From positions 33,408,213 through 33,472,212 of the forward strand of contig OZ234493.1 in the NCBI GenBank assembly GCA_965153455.1: a stretch of 64,000 nt of DNA. Direction: 5' to 3'. Below, one piece after another: positions 24,302-38,899 of the stretch. This DNA is from Sphagnum compactum (taxonomy: Eukaryota). The position numbers and the translations under genes were made by a program. The notes under the pieces are model-generated. The model made no database searches. It was not told the DNA's origin and saw only the letters and a program-made list of their open reading frames with translations. The number at the start of each line of letters is the position of its first letter. Position 1 is the first letter of the stretch.

Positions 24302-26082
24302 GACTTTGCATGCAGATGCTCAATCCCCCCCCCTCTGCTCAATGTGAGCTATTTGTACATTCTGTACCTGGATTTTTTGAAGTCCGGATATTTGCATGTG
24401 GTGATTGCGCGAGGCATATTGTACTGCTGAAGTATTGCAATTCTCCTAGCTTTTTGCAGGTCTTGGACTCATCTCAAAGGACTTCTTTCCCTACTGCATG
24501 CAAAGAGTTTGTTTCACTAACCTGTTGCCAATCTTAGGACCAGACAGCTACACAAACTTTAAGACTGCCACTTGGTGGCTCCACAGCTACTAGCTCTTTT
24601 TAATTTGGTCACTGCACTTACCATGCTTGGATGTAGAACCATTAATCTTGGACTTAGAACTGCACTATACAAATCAATGTGACACAGAAAACCTGTCCAT
24701 CTACCTGTGCTTGTTCATTATCTGTCTTAATATTTTCGATGATTGGTTGTATAGTGGTAGTTACCAATAACCACAACAGTCAGCCAATTGTGTGAGCCCA
24801 TCGATCTTGCTAAAACATTGCTAACAGTTTTCCTTGCACAGCTCTTTTGTTGTGGTTTTCTATAGACACCAGCTCCATTCTAGAGGATCATTGCAATAAC
24901 AAGTGATGAACTGCTACGACTGGCAAATGGTCACAAGTATTTTGGAGCTGTGTATGTGACACATGGTACCAAGAACAGCAAACAAGCTGCATGGTCCACA
25001 ACATAACTGCAGACTGGCCAGATTTACTGTGGAGCACACTTCCATTCCTCCTAGTCTGGGAGTGATCAGGTACACTGCCACTACCAAGACATTACACTTG
25101 ATAGAAACTTGTCTTGGTCAGCTCGGAGTTCATTTTACATAAAGCTTGAAAATGACTAACTACTTGTTTCATAGGAATGAGCAATGAGAAAAGCAAGTGA
25201 ATTTTAATCAAAACATATATTTTAAAACTCACAAATTATATAACAATAAAAAATGAAATAGCTGCAGACTACAAGTGTGCAGTTATGCTCCACTGAGGGA
25301 GCTGTTTAGATTTTTCTGCAAATCTTTCACCGCTGTAACAAACTGTCCATCTGCACTCCCACAGGATTTCCTGCTCTTGTGGTGGAATGTCAATTACTTA
25401 CCAAAGTCATCAACAGGAAAACAAATGATTTTGCCTCCACTTTGCATACAATTTAGGTCAACCTGAACAGACTTGAGAGAATCAAGGCTATTGAGATTTT
25501 CAGTTTTGACAACATATCTGCAAACAGGAAAAAGACTGCCACCTAATAATGTTAGAGGAACAGAGTATAAAACCCACAAAAACCATGAAAACCAAAGAAA
25601 AAAACTTGGAAGCAACCATTCCTTAATGGTTTTCGTAGGAAGGAAAACACGTAAAATTACAACTGCCATCAGAATGATGGAAAAGAACCAGCAGCTCCTT
25701 AATGAAGTTTATATTCAAAAAACATGATAAAAATAACAACCCCTGACACTGCATAGGTACAACAAGACTGAGGGCTATTCAAAAATTACAATACCCAAGA
25801 TGACAACACTAGGTATTCCAGGGTTTGACAAGCTGCTTAAAAATCCGAATGAGAATCCACAAATTGCTACCATCCTTTGAACATCAACTCAGTTCCTTCA
25901 TAATGAGAACCAAACTTTGAGCTGTTTTCTGTGTGCTCAGGTCAATGAACTCCTGTCCTTCCAAACTTTTGGTTTCACAATGCCACAGTTTCGACACAAA
26001 ACTGGCCCAGAAGACTTCGGAGCATGCATAAACATGTGAAGTGTTCCCAGTATCATTGTAATTTTTCAAATTAGACTAGATG

Positions 26083-27290
26083 TCAAAGAGCCCTCCCACC
26101 AGTCTGATGAAGCATTGCATCAATCTCATCCCCATCCTCCATGTCAAGCTGTGTGTCCAAGCCCTCCACCAATCATTTCACATCAGTTTTCGAAGCATGA
26201 CCTTCCTCAGAAACAGCAAAACAAACACACAATAGTGCTCAGAAATCTCCAACTTGAGATAAAAAAGTACCCACAACCAGGGCAAAATGTTTTTCACTTA
26301 AAAGTCAAAGTAAAACCTCCAAAAAAGGAAGTTGCAAGACACATGATTTTAAGCCAAACCATGGCTGCAAAACAGACACCAACAATTTGTGAAACTACAG
26401 CTGTAATTGCATGCCTGTTCCAAGAACCTGCAACAAAGGTTAAATATGGCTCAGGTGATTCCTGCCAATTCCTCAGAACACAACATACTAATCAACATGA
26501 TGCAGGCAAACCAAAGCTCCACTTCAGACACTAATGGCGTCACTTGGACCCAAGGCAAGCTGACCCCAATCAAGACAGCTGCAAAAAACATCAAACAATT
26601 TTCACAGAGGTTGCTATCCATGCAATTAAGTCTACAATTTTCCCCAAAAGAAATGTATCTGAACTTAAGATACAAACAAGCAAACCCAAATCGCATTCAA
26701 AACACCACTCCAGGGTTCATCACTACTGTCAGCTCATATGAAGTCAGATATTAAAAAACAAGATAGAAGTGCCACAATGAGTCAGAGAGGACTGGCAAAT
26801 AAACAAAACTTGAGAATTTGGCCCAAATAAGCAAAGAGGAACAAAGCCTTCAGAAATATGTCAACACAATCCAAAAAAACAGGGACTGTACTCATGAGAA
26901 CAGCTCTAAATTGTGCCCAAACCTTGTGGGTCTGTAAGAGATGGAAACCAGAACAAACAGACAATGCATGAAAATAGAGAGGGATGGCATAAAGACTGTA
27001 GGAAGGAACCTCTGCAGGAGTCTGTTCAGCCCGGAGACGTCTGCCATCAAAAAGGAAGGCAATGGACTGAGGGTCCACAGATTGTCGGTCGCAGTAGGCA
27101 TGCATCAGCTTCTTCAGTGTCGCTGTGCTCTTGATCCTGAAGAAGACTTCTCCACCATCCTACACACCACCCACACTTCAACCCTCTCTAAGAACACCCA
27201 TCTCTTGAAAATGGTCTAGACAATCCTAAATTCTCCTACTGAGACATAACATGGATATCTCCACCTATTGCACATCACCAGCAAGGAATG

Positions 27291-27328
<38 letters not shown>

Positions 27329-27814
27329 CATTTTCCATGGAGTTCAGAATGCTTGATTTTGAGGAGAGAGCCCCTTCCTCTCTCCTACAAAGGGAACTGA
27401 GATGGTTCCAAGGGTGATATACATCCCCCAGCAAATGTTCTAGAGAAAAAGATAATAATAATAAAGATAATATACTCATAGTTGAAATTCCACCCTTTTT
27501 GTAGACATCCAATTAGGATCTTTCTGTAAACAAACGAACTTTGGAATTTAGAAGAAACTGTACCACAAAGTCTACTTTATTCCAGACAACAAATTCTAAA
27601 TATCCACAAAAACCAGCATCTCCTAGAAGAATTATGAGATGAAAATGGCCGAGTTACAATGCCCGCGCGCAGGAAGTCGACGTGACTCTCAGTTCGCAAA
27701 CAATTATCTTGAAATCTCCGTGAAAGCATCACCTTACAGATAGACAAAATATTTCTCGTAGACAAGTCCGTCACGGCCCTCCTCCGACCTTAAAGCACTG
27801 ACCCCCTAAAAAAA

Positions 27815-27852
<38 letters not shown>

Positions 27853-28053
27853 AATCGCAAACTGAACAAGAGAGAAAAAGGGAAATTTGAGGTAGGCCAA
27901 AACTACAGACCCACATGTATCTCCTACAGCAAGCAATACCTGACCCTTGACCTTGAGGTTGATATGAGCACCACCCGCTCCGCCGTCCAAGGGCTTCTTC
28001 TCCTCCTCGTTGCGAGTCCCAGTATTGTTGGTGCTATCCTCCACTCCAGCCAT
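26083..28053 (-). CDS. SUMO1: Small ubiquitin-related modifier (SUMO1/2-like), 3 exons, 109 aa
   Basis: Exons 28053-27940, 27159-27010 and 26148-26083 give [67 protein letters not shown], followed by an RAL propeptide. Confidence 0.97.
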
Positions 28054-28852
28054 TGCTGCTGTTGCTGCTGCTGCTAATGAGAAGTTCCTTCTTTCTCAAA
28101 GAACTCTGAGTCACACGTTCAAATCGAATTTGCTCACACAAATTGCGAAGCACGACGACGATGACGACAAGGCGATGAACCTGGACCCCGCCAAACCCTA
28201 AAAGCTTCCCCCCCACCCTCCCCCACCCCTAATTGGGAACACATTGAGAACTTGGGGGAACATCATAAGGAACTTGAGAAACATCTTCGAGGAAAGGCTG
28301 GGAACATTTATGGGAACACAAAATTTAACAAAAAAATCCATTCTTGCCCCCTCCTCCCACCCCCCCTTCCCCCCCAAACAAAAAAAGATGAACCCTCGCT
28401 TGGGTGTTTGTTGGGTTGTCTCATTGGCTCTCCCTAGACATGGTTGCCACCATTTTTTTTGGCCTCAAGCTAATACCCCTCTTCCACAAAGCACACCATG
28501 GCTAAGGCTTATCCTAAGGCAAAAGAAGAATGATGAAAATTAAAATATTTCACCATGCAAAAAATATAATCTTAACAAAAAAAAAAACTCTCTAAAAAAA
28601 AAAACCAAATCCTTCAAGAGATCATAACTCTATAACTAATCTCAAGTTTCAACACAAGCTAAAATATCATATTTCAAAAATCCTCATATAAAAATAGACC
28701 TATTTATTATTATTAACTTGGGGCCCAAATCCCTTAAGCTACTATTATACTCTATATTGAATCTAAACACAATATCCCTTGCCTTTGTAGGCAAGGCCAA
28801 AAACTGACCCCAAAAAAAGAAAAAAGAATGATAGGTAAGTGGGTACCTTTGT

Positions 28853-28903
28853 ATATGTACAATGTACTCTATACGTACAATGTACTCTATATGTACAATG
28901 TAC
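28853..28903. repeat. 18-bp tandem repeat, about 3 copies, between the divergent SUMO and TVP38 genes
   Basis: ATA(T/C)GTACAATGTACTCT repeated. Confidence 0.8.
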
Positions 28904-29600
28904 GCTTTTGTACAAAATACAAAGCCTAGCGTATTGAGGACCAAGTCCGCGACTCCGCTTGCCGTGACGATGGCGCAACCAGAGAGACGAGAATCCTCCA
29001 GCGACCAGAGAATCGTGGAGCAACGAAACCAAAGAATCATCGTCTGTAGGCTCTTGTAGGAGGAATTTGGGATTTGGGTATTGCAATGAAGGATTTGTTT
29101 GTTTGTTTGGAGGAGTTTTCAGTACAAACTTTTGTTTGAATGGTTGGTTGGTTGATTGAACACGGTAAGAGACAGAACCTCATGGGAGTTATTGGTCGTC
29201 GGCATGAAAAACCCATCCTCGTCTTGATTGATTCCACAGCGGTACCAAGGGCTTCTTTCCTAGGAATATCCTATTAGAAACATGAAGTCAAGAAGTTGAA
29301 TCGGATGAAGACGCCAAGGGGTTCTTGCAACTGCTCTGAACCGGTTGTCGTTGCGTATTGCTGCTCTCTGGACTGTATCGCAGTCTCTCTTTTGTTGTCA
29401 CAATTCTGGTTTTGTTCAGTAGTAAGTTCAGGCGGTAGTAGCTCCCTCCTTGCGGCTCTCACGCAATGTGGAGACCCCGTGTAACTTGAGAGGGAAAAAC
29501 GGATAAAAGGGAAGCTTTAGCTATCCCTTGAAGTACTGTATTAGGGTTTGCGTGTGGAGAACAAAGCAGAGTAGGGAGGGAGGGAGGGAGGGAGGGAGGG

Positions 29601-32600
29601 ATGGCGGGCACAGTATGGCGCATACTCATTTTCACGGCGCTGCTTCTTGCTCTGGTTTTCATCTGTTTCCAGATGCCACATTTCTATCACTATGTGGAAA
29701 AGGTGATGTTTTTATTCTCTTTCACCCTTGTGACTTGAAACCCTAGCAGAAGTGGGTACACATGCTTCTGCATGCTGCAAAGTAGCACAAGGTTCTCGCC
29801 TGAAAAGCGGTGCAATTTACACTAATTTTCCCTTTACTTGCTGATACTCTTGAGCTGCATTGTTGAACTAGATCATCTACTGAAACTGTCAGAAACTGTT
29901 TTCAATGATACTTATGATTGGAGGCCCACATTGGGTGTTCTTGGATGTGGAGCCCTAAAGTTTTGATGCTTTCAAAAACTATATGAAAATTCATTTTCCT
30001 GTTCTCTTGTGAGAGCTGGGAGATTCTTGGTTCTCTTCATTACCGTTCAGACTGGTTCAAGGATGAGTAATTCTATCAGCTGACCAACTCAAGAGTTGTG
30101 TTGCTGCAGATGCTGACAAAATTCCTTGTTTGGATTCAAATGGATGTTGGTCCATGGGGTCCACTTGTTCTGTAAGTATCCTCTTTGCTTGATGTTCAGT
30201 GGAGAAAATTGCTTGATTTTTCCTGTCTGGTTCCAGTCTGTTAATACTTTGAATTTTTGAATTAAAAGGATGTTTCACTTTGGTGTCCATTAGGCCACCT
30301 GAGATGTCGATTTACTTCTGAACTTTTTTCTGTGACCATGTACCAAACAGAGAAAAGGCCTTGTAGAAGTTTGTATGGAAAGTGCATTTCTTGGGCAGAC
30401 AATCTGTGCAGTAGACAACTTAGGTGTAGTTTTGAAAGTATTATGTCACATGGAGTCACCACTTGGAAACTGTGGAGACATGAATTACACAAATTTTCTC
30501 AGTGATTGCAATGGAGAAAGTCTGAGTAAACATGCCGAAAACCTGTACTACAGGCATGCATCAGCGATATAGCTATCCAACATAGGGGCCCTTTCATATC
30601 ATGCTGCCAATGGGAGAAACCTAATATCTTAGGTTGAAGCAATCTCCAAAAACATTCTTCCATGAGATTTATCATCAGCTTCCTTCAGCACCTCTGCAAT
30701 CAAAGAGTCTGTTGCCATTTAGCAGTCTATAAGCTCTTTCTATCAACATTTTAGGGTTTTTTGTATGGTAAGTTTAATGTACAGTAAATATCTGTTGCTT
30801 TTTGACAGTGGGTAAATGTTTGAAGTGTGAACTGCCTGACCTTATTGTTTCTGGCACATATTTCAAGTATTTCTTTTGTACTTTTCTTGTCATGTGCAGG
30901 GCACTAGCATATATTCCATGTGCAGTTTTAGCTCTCCCTGCGACCATGCTTACGGTACTGATTGGGATCCTTGCCCACCTGTACTTCATTCCATATTGTC
31001 TGTTTGAATTGTTGTTTGAGTTTGTTGCTGGAAAGAAAGCATCAGACCAAATTTTCTGATAAGGATTGATCATAGAGCCAGACCAAGTAGCATGTATTTA
31101 GTTGGTTACAAACAGTCTACAGAGCTAAAGATCAGGTGTTCCAATTCTCCAATAGAAATAGTTGATTGTAGGCCAGATCCAATTCAGCATTTCTTCTCCT
31201 AAAAATTTGACAGGATATGGATGTTGTATGGAGTGTCTGTTGGCAGCTAGGAGGTGGATATTTGTTTGGCCTGGTCTTTGGCTTTACAATTGACTCGATA
31301 GGGTCAACACTTGGTGCTACTGCTGCATTCTGGGTTGGTCGAACTGTAAGAAATCATCCATTCACTTTTCCTGTATGATATTTTAACCATGATCTCTTCT
31401 GCACCTTGGCAAAGTATGTCTAAACAACTAGCAAACCAAACAGAAATACAACCTATTTGCATGGAGGGTGGTTTGCTGCACTGATTAATTCTCAACAGAT
31501 TTATGGTGGTTCTCTTTGCATGCTAATTGTGAATTTTGGCTGGCAAATGACACCTTACTGCTTTGATCTGATTAAGCAATGGACTACTGAGACTCTGAAC
31601 ATTGTTTGTTTATTGCAGATAGGAAGATCATATGTAATTTCAAAGCTGAAGGACTATCCACAATTTCAGACAATTGACCTTGCTGTTCATAAATCAGGTT
31701 TCAAGGTACCCATTGTCTTGCATGATCCTTTTTTTGACTCATTAGTTGGGCAGCAAACCTGTAGACTTTGCATCGACTATATTTTTCTTCTGGCATGTAA
31801 GTTCTTTGTGTGCTCTTTCACCTCTGCTTTCCTATTTATATGAGGAAGTGTAATGTACAAGGAATCTGATAATGCTTGGGATTGATATATTAGTGTTCCT
31901 GCAGATTGCGTTTCTTCTTCGACTTGTACCTTTGCTGCCGTACAATGTGATGAACTACTTGCTGTCTGTTACACCAATTAGTACCTCTAAATATATCCTC
32001 GCATCTTGGATTGGTATGATGGTATGAAGCCAAAATTCTGCTTGTTCTCTATACCGATCTTCCTGTCACATTGGATTGTAGTTCTCCTTTGCATGTGGAC
32101 ACTATGGAGGGCTCGTACTGTATGGTTGGAGAGATATATAAGTAGGCAACTGTGTTCCAATATCTACTTGGAACCATTAGCTGTAAGATGGAGGGCAACC
32201 AGTGTTGATGCATTAACTCATTACAGAATATGTTACATTGACATCATGTAAATGAAGTATTGCATCTGTTCCAGAAGTGGTGACTGCTGGTTGGGTTTGG
32301 GTGCAGCCTTTGACATTAGCATTTGTGTACGTGGGGACAACAATTAAAAATATCGCAGACATCAGTCAAGGTGGTGGTGACTTCACTCGAGGTCACTTTG
32401 TAAGTGATCTAACCTACCTGGTCACGTGTCTATCCCATTACAAATTGACAACTATCCCATTACCTCCACAGCCACAACATGTGGTGTCAAATATTAAGGT
32501 TTGTGCAGTCCGGTCAATTTGTATTCAGGTTTCCAATTATTAGGCTGTGCAAAAGAATGTGTTGACTTCGGGTGTCCTTAGTGACTTGACCAAAGAAATG

Positions 32601-35574
32601 TAACACAATAATGTACGAAATGTTGAAAATCATCAGCTTAGATTTTTCAAGTGTCAATAAGGATTTCCACAAAGAGAAATTCCATGTTTAAAAGTCTAAA
32701 TATGCAATGATGTCAAACTGCACAAGGTTTTAGGATGGTATATCTTGTCAGAGAGACAGTAAAGTAATTTCTCAAGAATTAGTTGGGAAAGATGACTGTT
32801 ACTGTGCTTTCCAAAGCATGAAATAGTACAATATGACCATGTGAGAACTGTTGAAACATCAGAGTGTCCAAGGTGAATGATTCCAAAAAGAGCCAAAGGT
32901 CAAGTAAATCCAAAGTAGCTTTATTACACTTTAAGCACTGAACCACTGAGCATCTTATTGTATCATAGTTGATGCTTTTCCTGCACTTTTGCATCATGTT
33001 ATGTTTTTTTGAGCAATGTCGTCCTGTTTGTTATCTCTGTGTTTGCAAGAAAATCATTTCTAAGAAGATTAATTTTTGCAGATTTGTTGTGAGAGTTTTC
33101 TGCAACAGAATGCTTGCATCAATTGGTTAAGCTTGCCACTAATCTATATGGTTCACACATGGTGTTGTGTTTTGAATCTTGGTACAGATTATGCTGATGA
33201 TTGGCTTGGTGTTAACAAGTAAGTATGATCTCTCAAGTGCACTCATTTCTATGTCAATGTGATTCCCAAGTTGTTCTTGTATGCAGTACTATTCTCTTGT
33301 TAAGTTGTCAGTACATGTTGACTGCTAGGATAGTTTTGTCAGCCAAACCATGCTATGGTCATGCATGTTTTTGGCACCAGGGTGATTTCCCTTATAAGCA
33401 ACCAGTCACTGGTGACCAGTGCTGGAAGCTGATGAAGTCAGTGAGAATGCTGCAGTAGCTAGTCACCACCACACACATTGCTGTTCACGGTCATTGAATC
33501 TGCAACAACTAGCTATGTTTGATACCACTCTTTAAGCACACACAGGCAGACACACACACACACACACAGAGACAAGTTTACTATTTCCTATTTCTCTTTT
33601 CTAGTTAGGGAGTTCTTCATCCCTAATGGCCGTTTCATGAAATTTATTCAGTGGACTTTGATTGTAAGGAGTGAGGGGTAGCTATGGTAAACTAGCATGG
33701 TCAGTGAGAATGCTGCAATATCTAGTCACCGCCACACACATTGCTGTTCATGGTCATTGAATCTGCAAGAGTGAGCTACCCCTCACTCTTATGGAAACTG
33801 CAATGACCACTCTCAGTTTTTCGTTTGGTTTTCTCTGTTCTTTAGGGTTGGGTTTCCTCTTTTCCATACTTCCAGATATGTTACTGTTCTGTTGCCAGAT
33901 CTGAGGTTCTCCTTAGTCTATTATTGGGTCATATGTCAATTCTGTTCAGATTGACATTGTAAGTATGGTGAAGTTCTCAATACTTATGAAGATATATATT
34001 TCATTGTAAGTATTGAGTTCTCAATCCTTACGGAGACATATCTGAAGTTAACCTTGTCAGAATTGTCTGGTGCAAGTCACAGTGCTGGAATTCACGGTGA
34101 GCTTCAAGCAATTAGCAGGTATCCAAATGGGTGCTACTAATTGTGTAGTCTGTTTAGCTGATTTCTATCAAGTGACATTTTCACACATGATTCTGAAGTT
34201 TTGGAGCATGTACCCAATTTGAATTCCTTCGTAATTTTTTTTCCTGGTCATCAGAAATACAAAAGTTTATAGATGATTTGTTGTTCTGTTGTATGCCTAA
34301 TTTTTCCCATTTGATGTATTCAGATAAAGACTAAATTTGTTGTGGCAGCTACAGTGAGTCCTCCTGTGAGCTAAATGTGTGGTTCTCTTGCATGTTCCTG
34401 TATTTAGCATTGGACCAAAGCTTCAAATATTAAACATAAACATTTTTCATAAATATGTTTTTGTGGAGAATGCAGGTATCAATATTAAATATGACTCATA
34501 TGCCTGAAGTTGATTCTAATATTTCAAAAACAGCTATATTTGCAGCTATAAACAGTCAGTTTTGCATAAGATTCAGCAGGTTCACAAGCTCAAGTAATAG
34601 ACTTAAATCATTATTGTGAAGAACAAAGGTTTCAAACAGGGACTTGCAAAGAAGAACCTTCATTTTGGAGTTTCATCCTTTGGAATCTTCTAAAGGATTC
34701 ACTTAAGGTCTCCATGATCCTTATTGAGGGCTTTCTGAAAGTCCACTTCGTTCTGAAAGGCATGTGCTCTTAGGTTTTTTTTTGTCTCTTCTGTCCGCTT
34801 GTGTCTTCCTTGTGTTCCCTCATCTTTTTGGTCTCCTTAATGCATTTCCATTATCTTATAGTGGTTTTTTTTTTTGCTGGTCCCTTTTTTTTGGTTTTTG
34901 TTTTTGTTTTTTCTTTGCCATATATATACTTTTGGTTAGGTGGCATTATGGCTGAGTCATGTGGTTACTTCCGATTCTGACAGGAGCTGAGTACATTGTG
35001 TTGATGTTTGATGATGGCTTGTACCTCTACCAGGACTTGATTTTTATGGTCACTGAATTTGTTTAAAACCATTGTTGGGATCACTTTCCAGTTGTATCCT
35101 GTTATTTCCATTTGGTGTTTTTCTTCTTTCCCTGTGGAAGTTTTCTGTTATGGTCTGGAATCTCTCTGATCTTACTATAAGATTTCATGGCCTCCATTCA
35201 GATGAACAGAGCAAATGCAGGTTCATTGATTCAACATGTGGTTGAGTTTTCCAATAAATGAATGCTCAATATTGAGACATTCCTTAACTAATTGTGAACA
35301 GTTTGGAATAATACTTTGGTTATCTGATGGGAAAATGGGGGAATTTATTGCAGTTGTGGCGGTAATATTGGTGATGTGGATTGCCAAAAATTCCCTTGAG
35401 CGTGTGATTGAGGACAATACCCCAGCAAATGATGTGGTAATTGTTGCATCTGAACCCCTTGAATCAGTTGATCCAAGCTCGGAGCTCCTTCAACCTTTGA
35501 TTCTGAAAATTGATGGTTCTGCTCTATCTACAAATGGACAAGCAGCACTTCTTGATCAAAGGCCTGATTCATAA
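29601..35574 (+). CDS. TVP38/TMEM64 (SNARE-associated Golgi protein, VTT/DedA domain) membrane protein, 9 exons
   Basis: Approximate exons: 29601-29702 (MAGTVWRILIFTALLL..VEK), 30110-30171 (FLVWIQMDVGPWGPLV), 30900-30954 (AYIPCAVLALPA), 31248-31346 (LGGGYLFG), 31619-31705 (SKLKDYPQF), 31905-32021 (LLRLVPLLPYNVMNYLLSVTP), 32307-32399 (VYVGTT), 33188-33218 and 35353-35574 (QPLILKID). Confidence 0.93.
33437..33788. repeat. Local direct duplication of about 68 bp; the second copy is enclosed by a 15-bp perfect inverted repeat
   Basis: GTCAGTGAGAATGCTGCA..GGTCATTGAATCTGCAA at about 33437-33504 and 33700-33768. GAGTGAGGGGTAGCT (33669-33683) pairs with AGCTACCCCTCACTC (33774-33788). Confidence 0.85.
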
Positions 35575-38500
35575 GGATCTGTGGGTTCACTTGGATTGTT
35601 AAAACAGTAAGCATCTACCTTCATTTAGTCCTTGGGTGTCAAAATTTTATTCTTACTGGGCAGTGTTATAGTGCTTTCTTTCTGGGACATCAAGTCTTCA
35701 CCTTGCACTCGTGTTTAAGATGCTGATTGTTTCCTTGTATACGATTGATGCATTGGGATTGAGAAAAGTATGCTTGTCTATGTACATGCAACACACTGTT
35801 TGAGGAGTGCAAATACTCAAGGTCATCATTTCTAGTAGGCTATATTTCTTAAGGACCACCCAGTACTGGTAAACATTGTATAGTTTTTGATCAAAAGATT
35901 AGGTCTTCTTTGCATCTCTATGATATTCTAATTTGGTGATCCTCTGCTGAAATGTTAGCAGAAGAATACAAATGGAATCAACTCATCATTGCCAACCTCC
36001 AAAATTCTTACCATAACTGTTCACGCTTGCTTGGTGCCTGTGGGGAATGGCCTTGGTAGCAAATTGGTTTGGAGAAAGAGAACATCACAGAATGTGCATT
36101 TGGTACCCAGTATGAGTGTATGGAATGGATTTTGGCAGAAGATAAAGCTCACTTGTGAACAAGCACGCAAGGGGCCAAATACGATAAAGCTCACATGTAA
36201 GACAAGCAACTCATCATGCAATGGCTCTGCCCCTTATGGCAAGTTGAGGCTAGCAGCAGTTAAATTATGAGATGGAGTTCCCAAAAATGAACTTCAAAGT
36301 AGTTAGCTGACTTCAAATCGGCAACAGTTAATTATGGCAAGTTTAAATTTCAAACCTGCAACTAACAGTTAAAATAGGAAATGTTCCATGGAGTTCTCAA
36401 AAATAGTACTCACTGTTCACAGTAATACATCGTGAATAGTGGTACAATACATGGCTGGAAATGCTCTTTTTGATGCGATCCATAGAATGGCAAGTTATAG
36501 TATGTTACCAACTAACTTGGGTTGGTAACATGCCATTCCAATGGATTTTTCCAGCCAAGGTGGATGGGATATTGTGTACCCATTCATCTTGGCTTTATGT
36601 GCCAGACCGAGTACCCAATATTCAATGCAGAGTGGATGAAGTTGGACTGGTCCTCTTCAAAAAATGCATTTGCTCAATGGGTCATATAGAGAGACCCAAT
36701 GGTTGGATCTCTACCAGCTTTGAAGAAAAACTGTCAGCCTTAAGTGTCTTGCATATAATTAAGTTATCTGACAAGTCTGGCGATTAGGGGGGTGAGAACG
36801 ACCAGTTTTGGCATAACAGGGTATCAAATGCATAACTGGGAATGAAATATTACGAAACGAAATACATGGGACCTAAACTAGTTTTTCCACCAATTTTGGT
36901 GGTTAACTGAGTTTCATCCCCTCTTTCTTTTTTGCTGAGCGCTTTCAATTGCTGTTACATATGTTTTCACTGCTCCTACCTGTCCAACTACTATAATTAC
37001 TCTTGAACCTTGGGCACCAAATGCTGAGTTTCAGCATTTCATACTGAGATTTAATAAAATTTCAGTACTTTTGCGGATACCAGTGAAAGAAGGAGCTGAT
37101 AGGAGGTGAAAGAGAGGGTGACTTTATGGAAACTTTATTGGTGTTGTCAAATTAGAGTAGAAATCTAACCATGATTAAAAAAGAATCAGACCAAATGATA
37201 TTTAGTGAATGACATTGGGATCTCGCCGCTGGCATTGATGCAAAGATTTTGCTCTTCAAGAATATTGTATAATGAGATTGGTAGTTGGCACACGAATACG
37301 AAGGACCACTTTTGGGGCTTTAAAAGCCATTTTTGTGCATTATGTAGAAGGATTATTTATACATGCTCATTTGGCATTTGAGTTCATGTGAACTATCTCA
37401 TTTTTTTGCAATTTTCAAATAATTTTGGGTTTATTGGATAGGGCCTATCCATAGGATTTTCCACAAATTTTGGGATCCAAGAACCCTAATGTTTCTATGA
37501 TGGCTGATTTGTTGTTGTTTCTTTGTCAATTGTCTTGTCATCACTAAAATAATTTTAATTGAACAACATCCAGCTACATATACTTGTGGATATGAACTTT
37601 TGTTGTTGCAAGTTAGGCATACTGGCATGCATTAAGGAACATAAAGATTGATAAGCTTCAATATGGAGGGATAGAGCTTTATATGGTGGTGGAAAACTAT
37701 TAATGAGGCTTTTAGAAGACAACTTTCATCCTTAAATCAAATATTTTATCATGATTTATGTGCAAAGTATTGACACACTAAGTGTATTGGCTTTTAGAAA
37801 GTTTCCCATTTGGATGTAATCTCAATGCAGATCTATAAATATTATTATTGGAGCAAGTAGCCTACACAAATTTACAATGTCAATAAATTTCAATAGAAAC
37901 TGGGCGAAAATCGTAAAACAATATGTATGTGCAAAATTTGTGGGTTTTGCTATGTAAAAATGAATACATGAATATATATATATATGATGTATTTTTTCTA
38001 CTTGTGATGTTTTGATCTGAAGTACATACAATTTATATTTTAACTAAATTCATGCAATTTTTGTATGAACCTATGAACCTTGGTAAGTTTGTGATATAAT
38101 GCTTCTATAAGTGCATAATGGTAGGGTGGACCAAAAAGTGGTAAGAAATTGCAAATTTGAAACTCCATTTCCTTTGTATTTTGGTGAGTCCTTGAATGTT
38201 TTCAGTAATTAGATAGCAACAATCCATCAATTTCAAGTTTTTTTTTTTCAATTTATTTATAAGAACACCTAGAGATCATTGATTATTTCACCAAATAAAA
38301 GTTCACAAATCATAAATTTCATTTGATTTAATGCAAAACCTTTTGGTCTCATTGTCAAAAGGTATTTTTAAAAACTAAAACCAAATACTTAACAAGTTTT
38401 GAGGTCCATCATCATATCATACCAAAATCAATTCATGTGGATGTTATATTCCTCAATTTTCAATTTCAAAAGTCTATAGCTTTGTAATTTTATGAATTAT

Positions 38501-38899
38501 GCATCCAATTTATTACCTTACGTACATGTTTAAATCTATAACCTCAAAGTAAGTCCCCTTTACCAATTTTAATGTGTACAAAACCATGTGGCAATTGGAA
38601 TGAAACCATGGAACACAAAAATGGATTGTGTTACATCCAAATTGATCTTCCATATTGTTTTCCTCCAAATTTCAAAGGTTTGGTTTGTATTGAGTATATG
38701 ATGCCTTTGTGATGAATCTTGGTTGTAGTGTGGGTTCAATTCAATTGAATTTATTTTTTTGGTGTCACTTTGTGCAAATGAATGGGTTGAAGGTCATGTG
38801 AACCTATTCACCACTTTGATATTTGAACTTTTGTTGCTTAGGTCCAAAATGCAACAAATGTTTAGATTGGTCTTGGGAACATACTTTTATACATTCATA

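Noticed and set aside
21792..35574. One long plus-strand gene with SUMO nested in an intron
   Set aside because: The first gene has its own stop at 24301 and the TVP38 gene has its own ATG exon at 29601, so SUMO lies between two separate genes.
36461..36787. 108-aa ORF or gene fragment downstream of TVP38
   Set aside because: No recognisable motif in any frame and no supporting exon structure.
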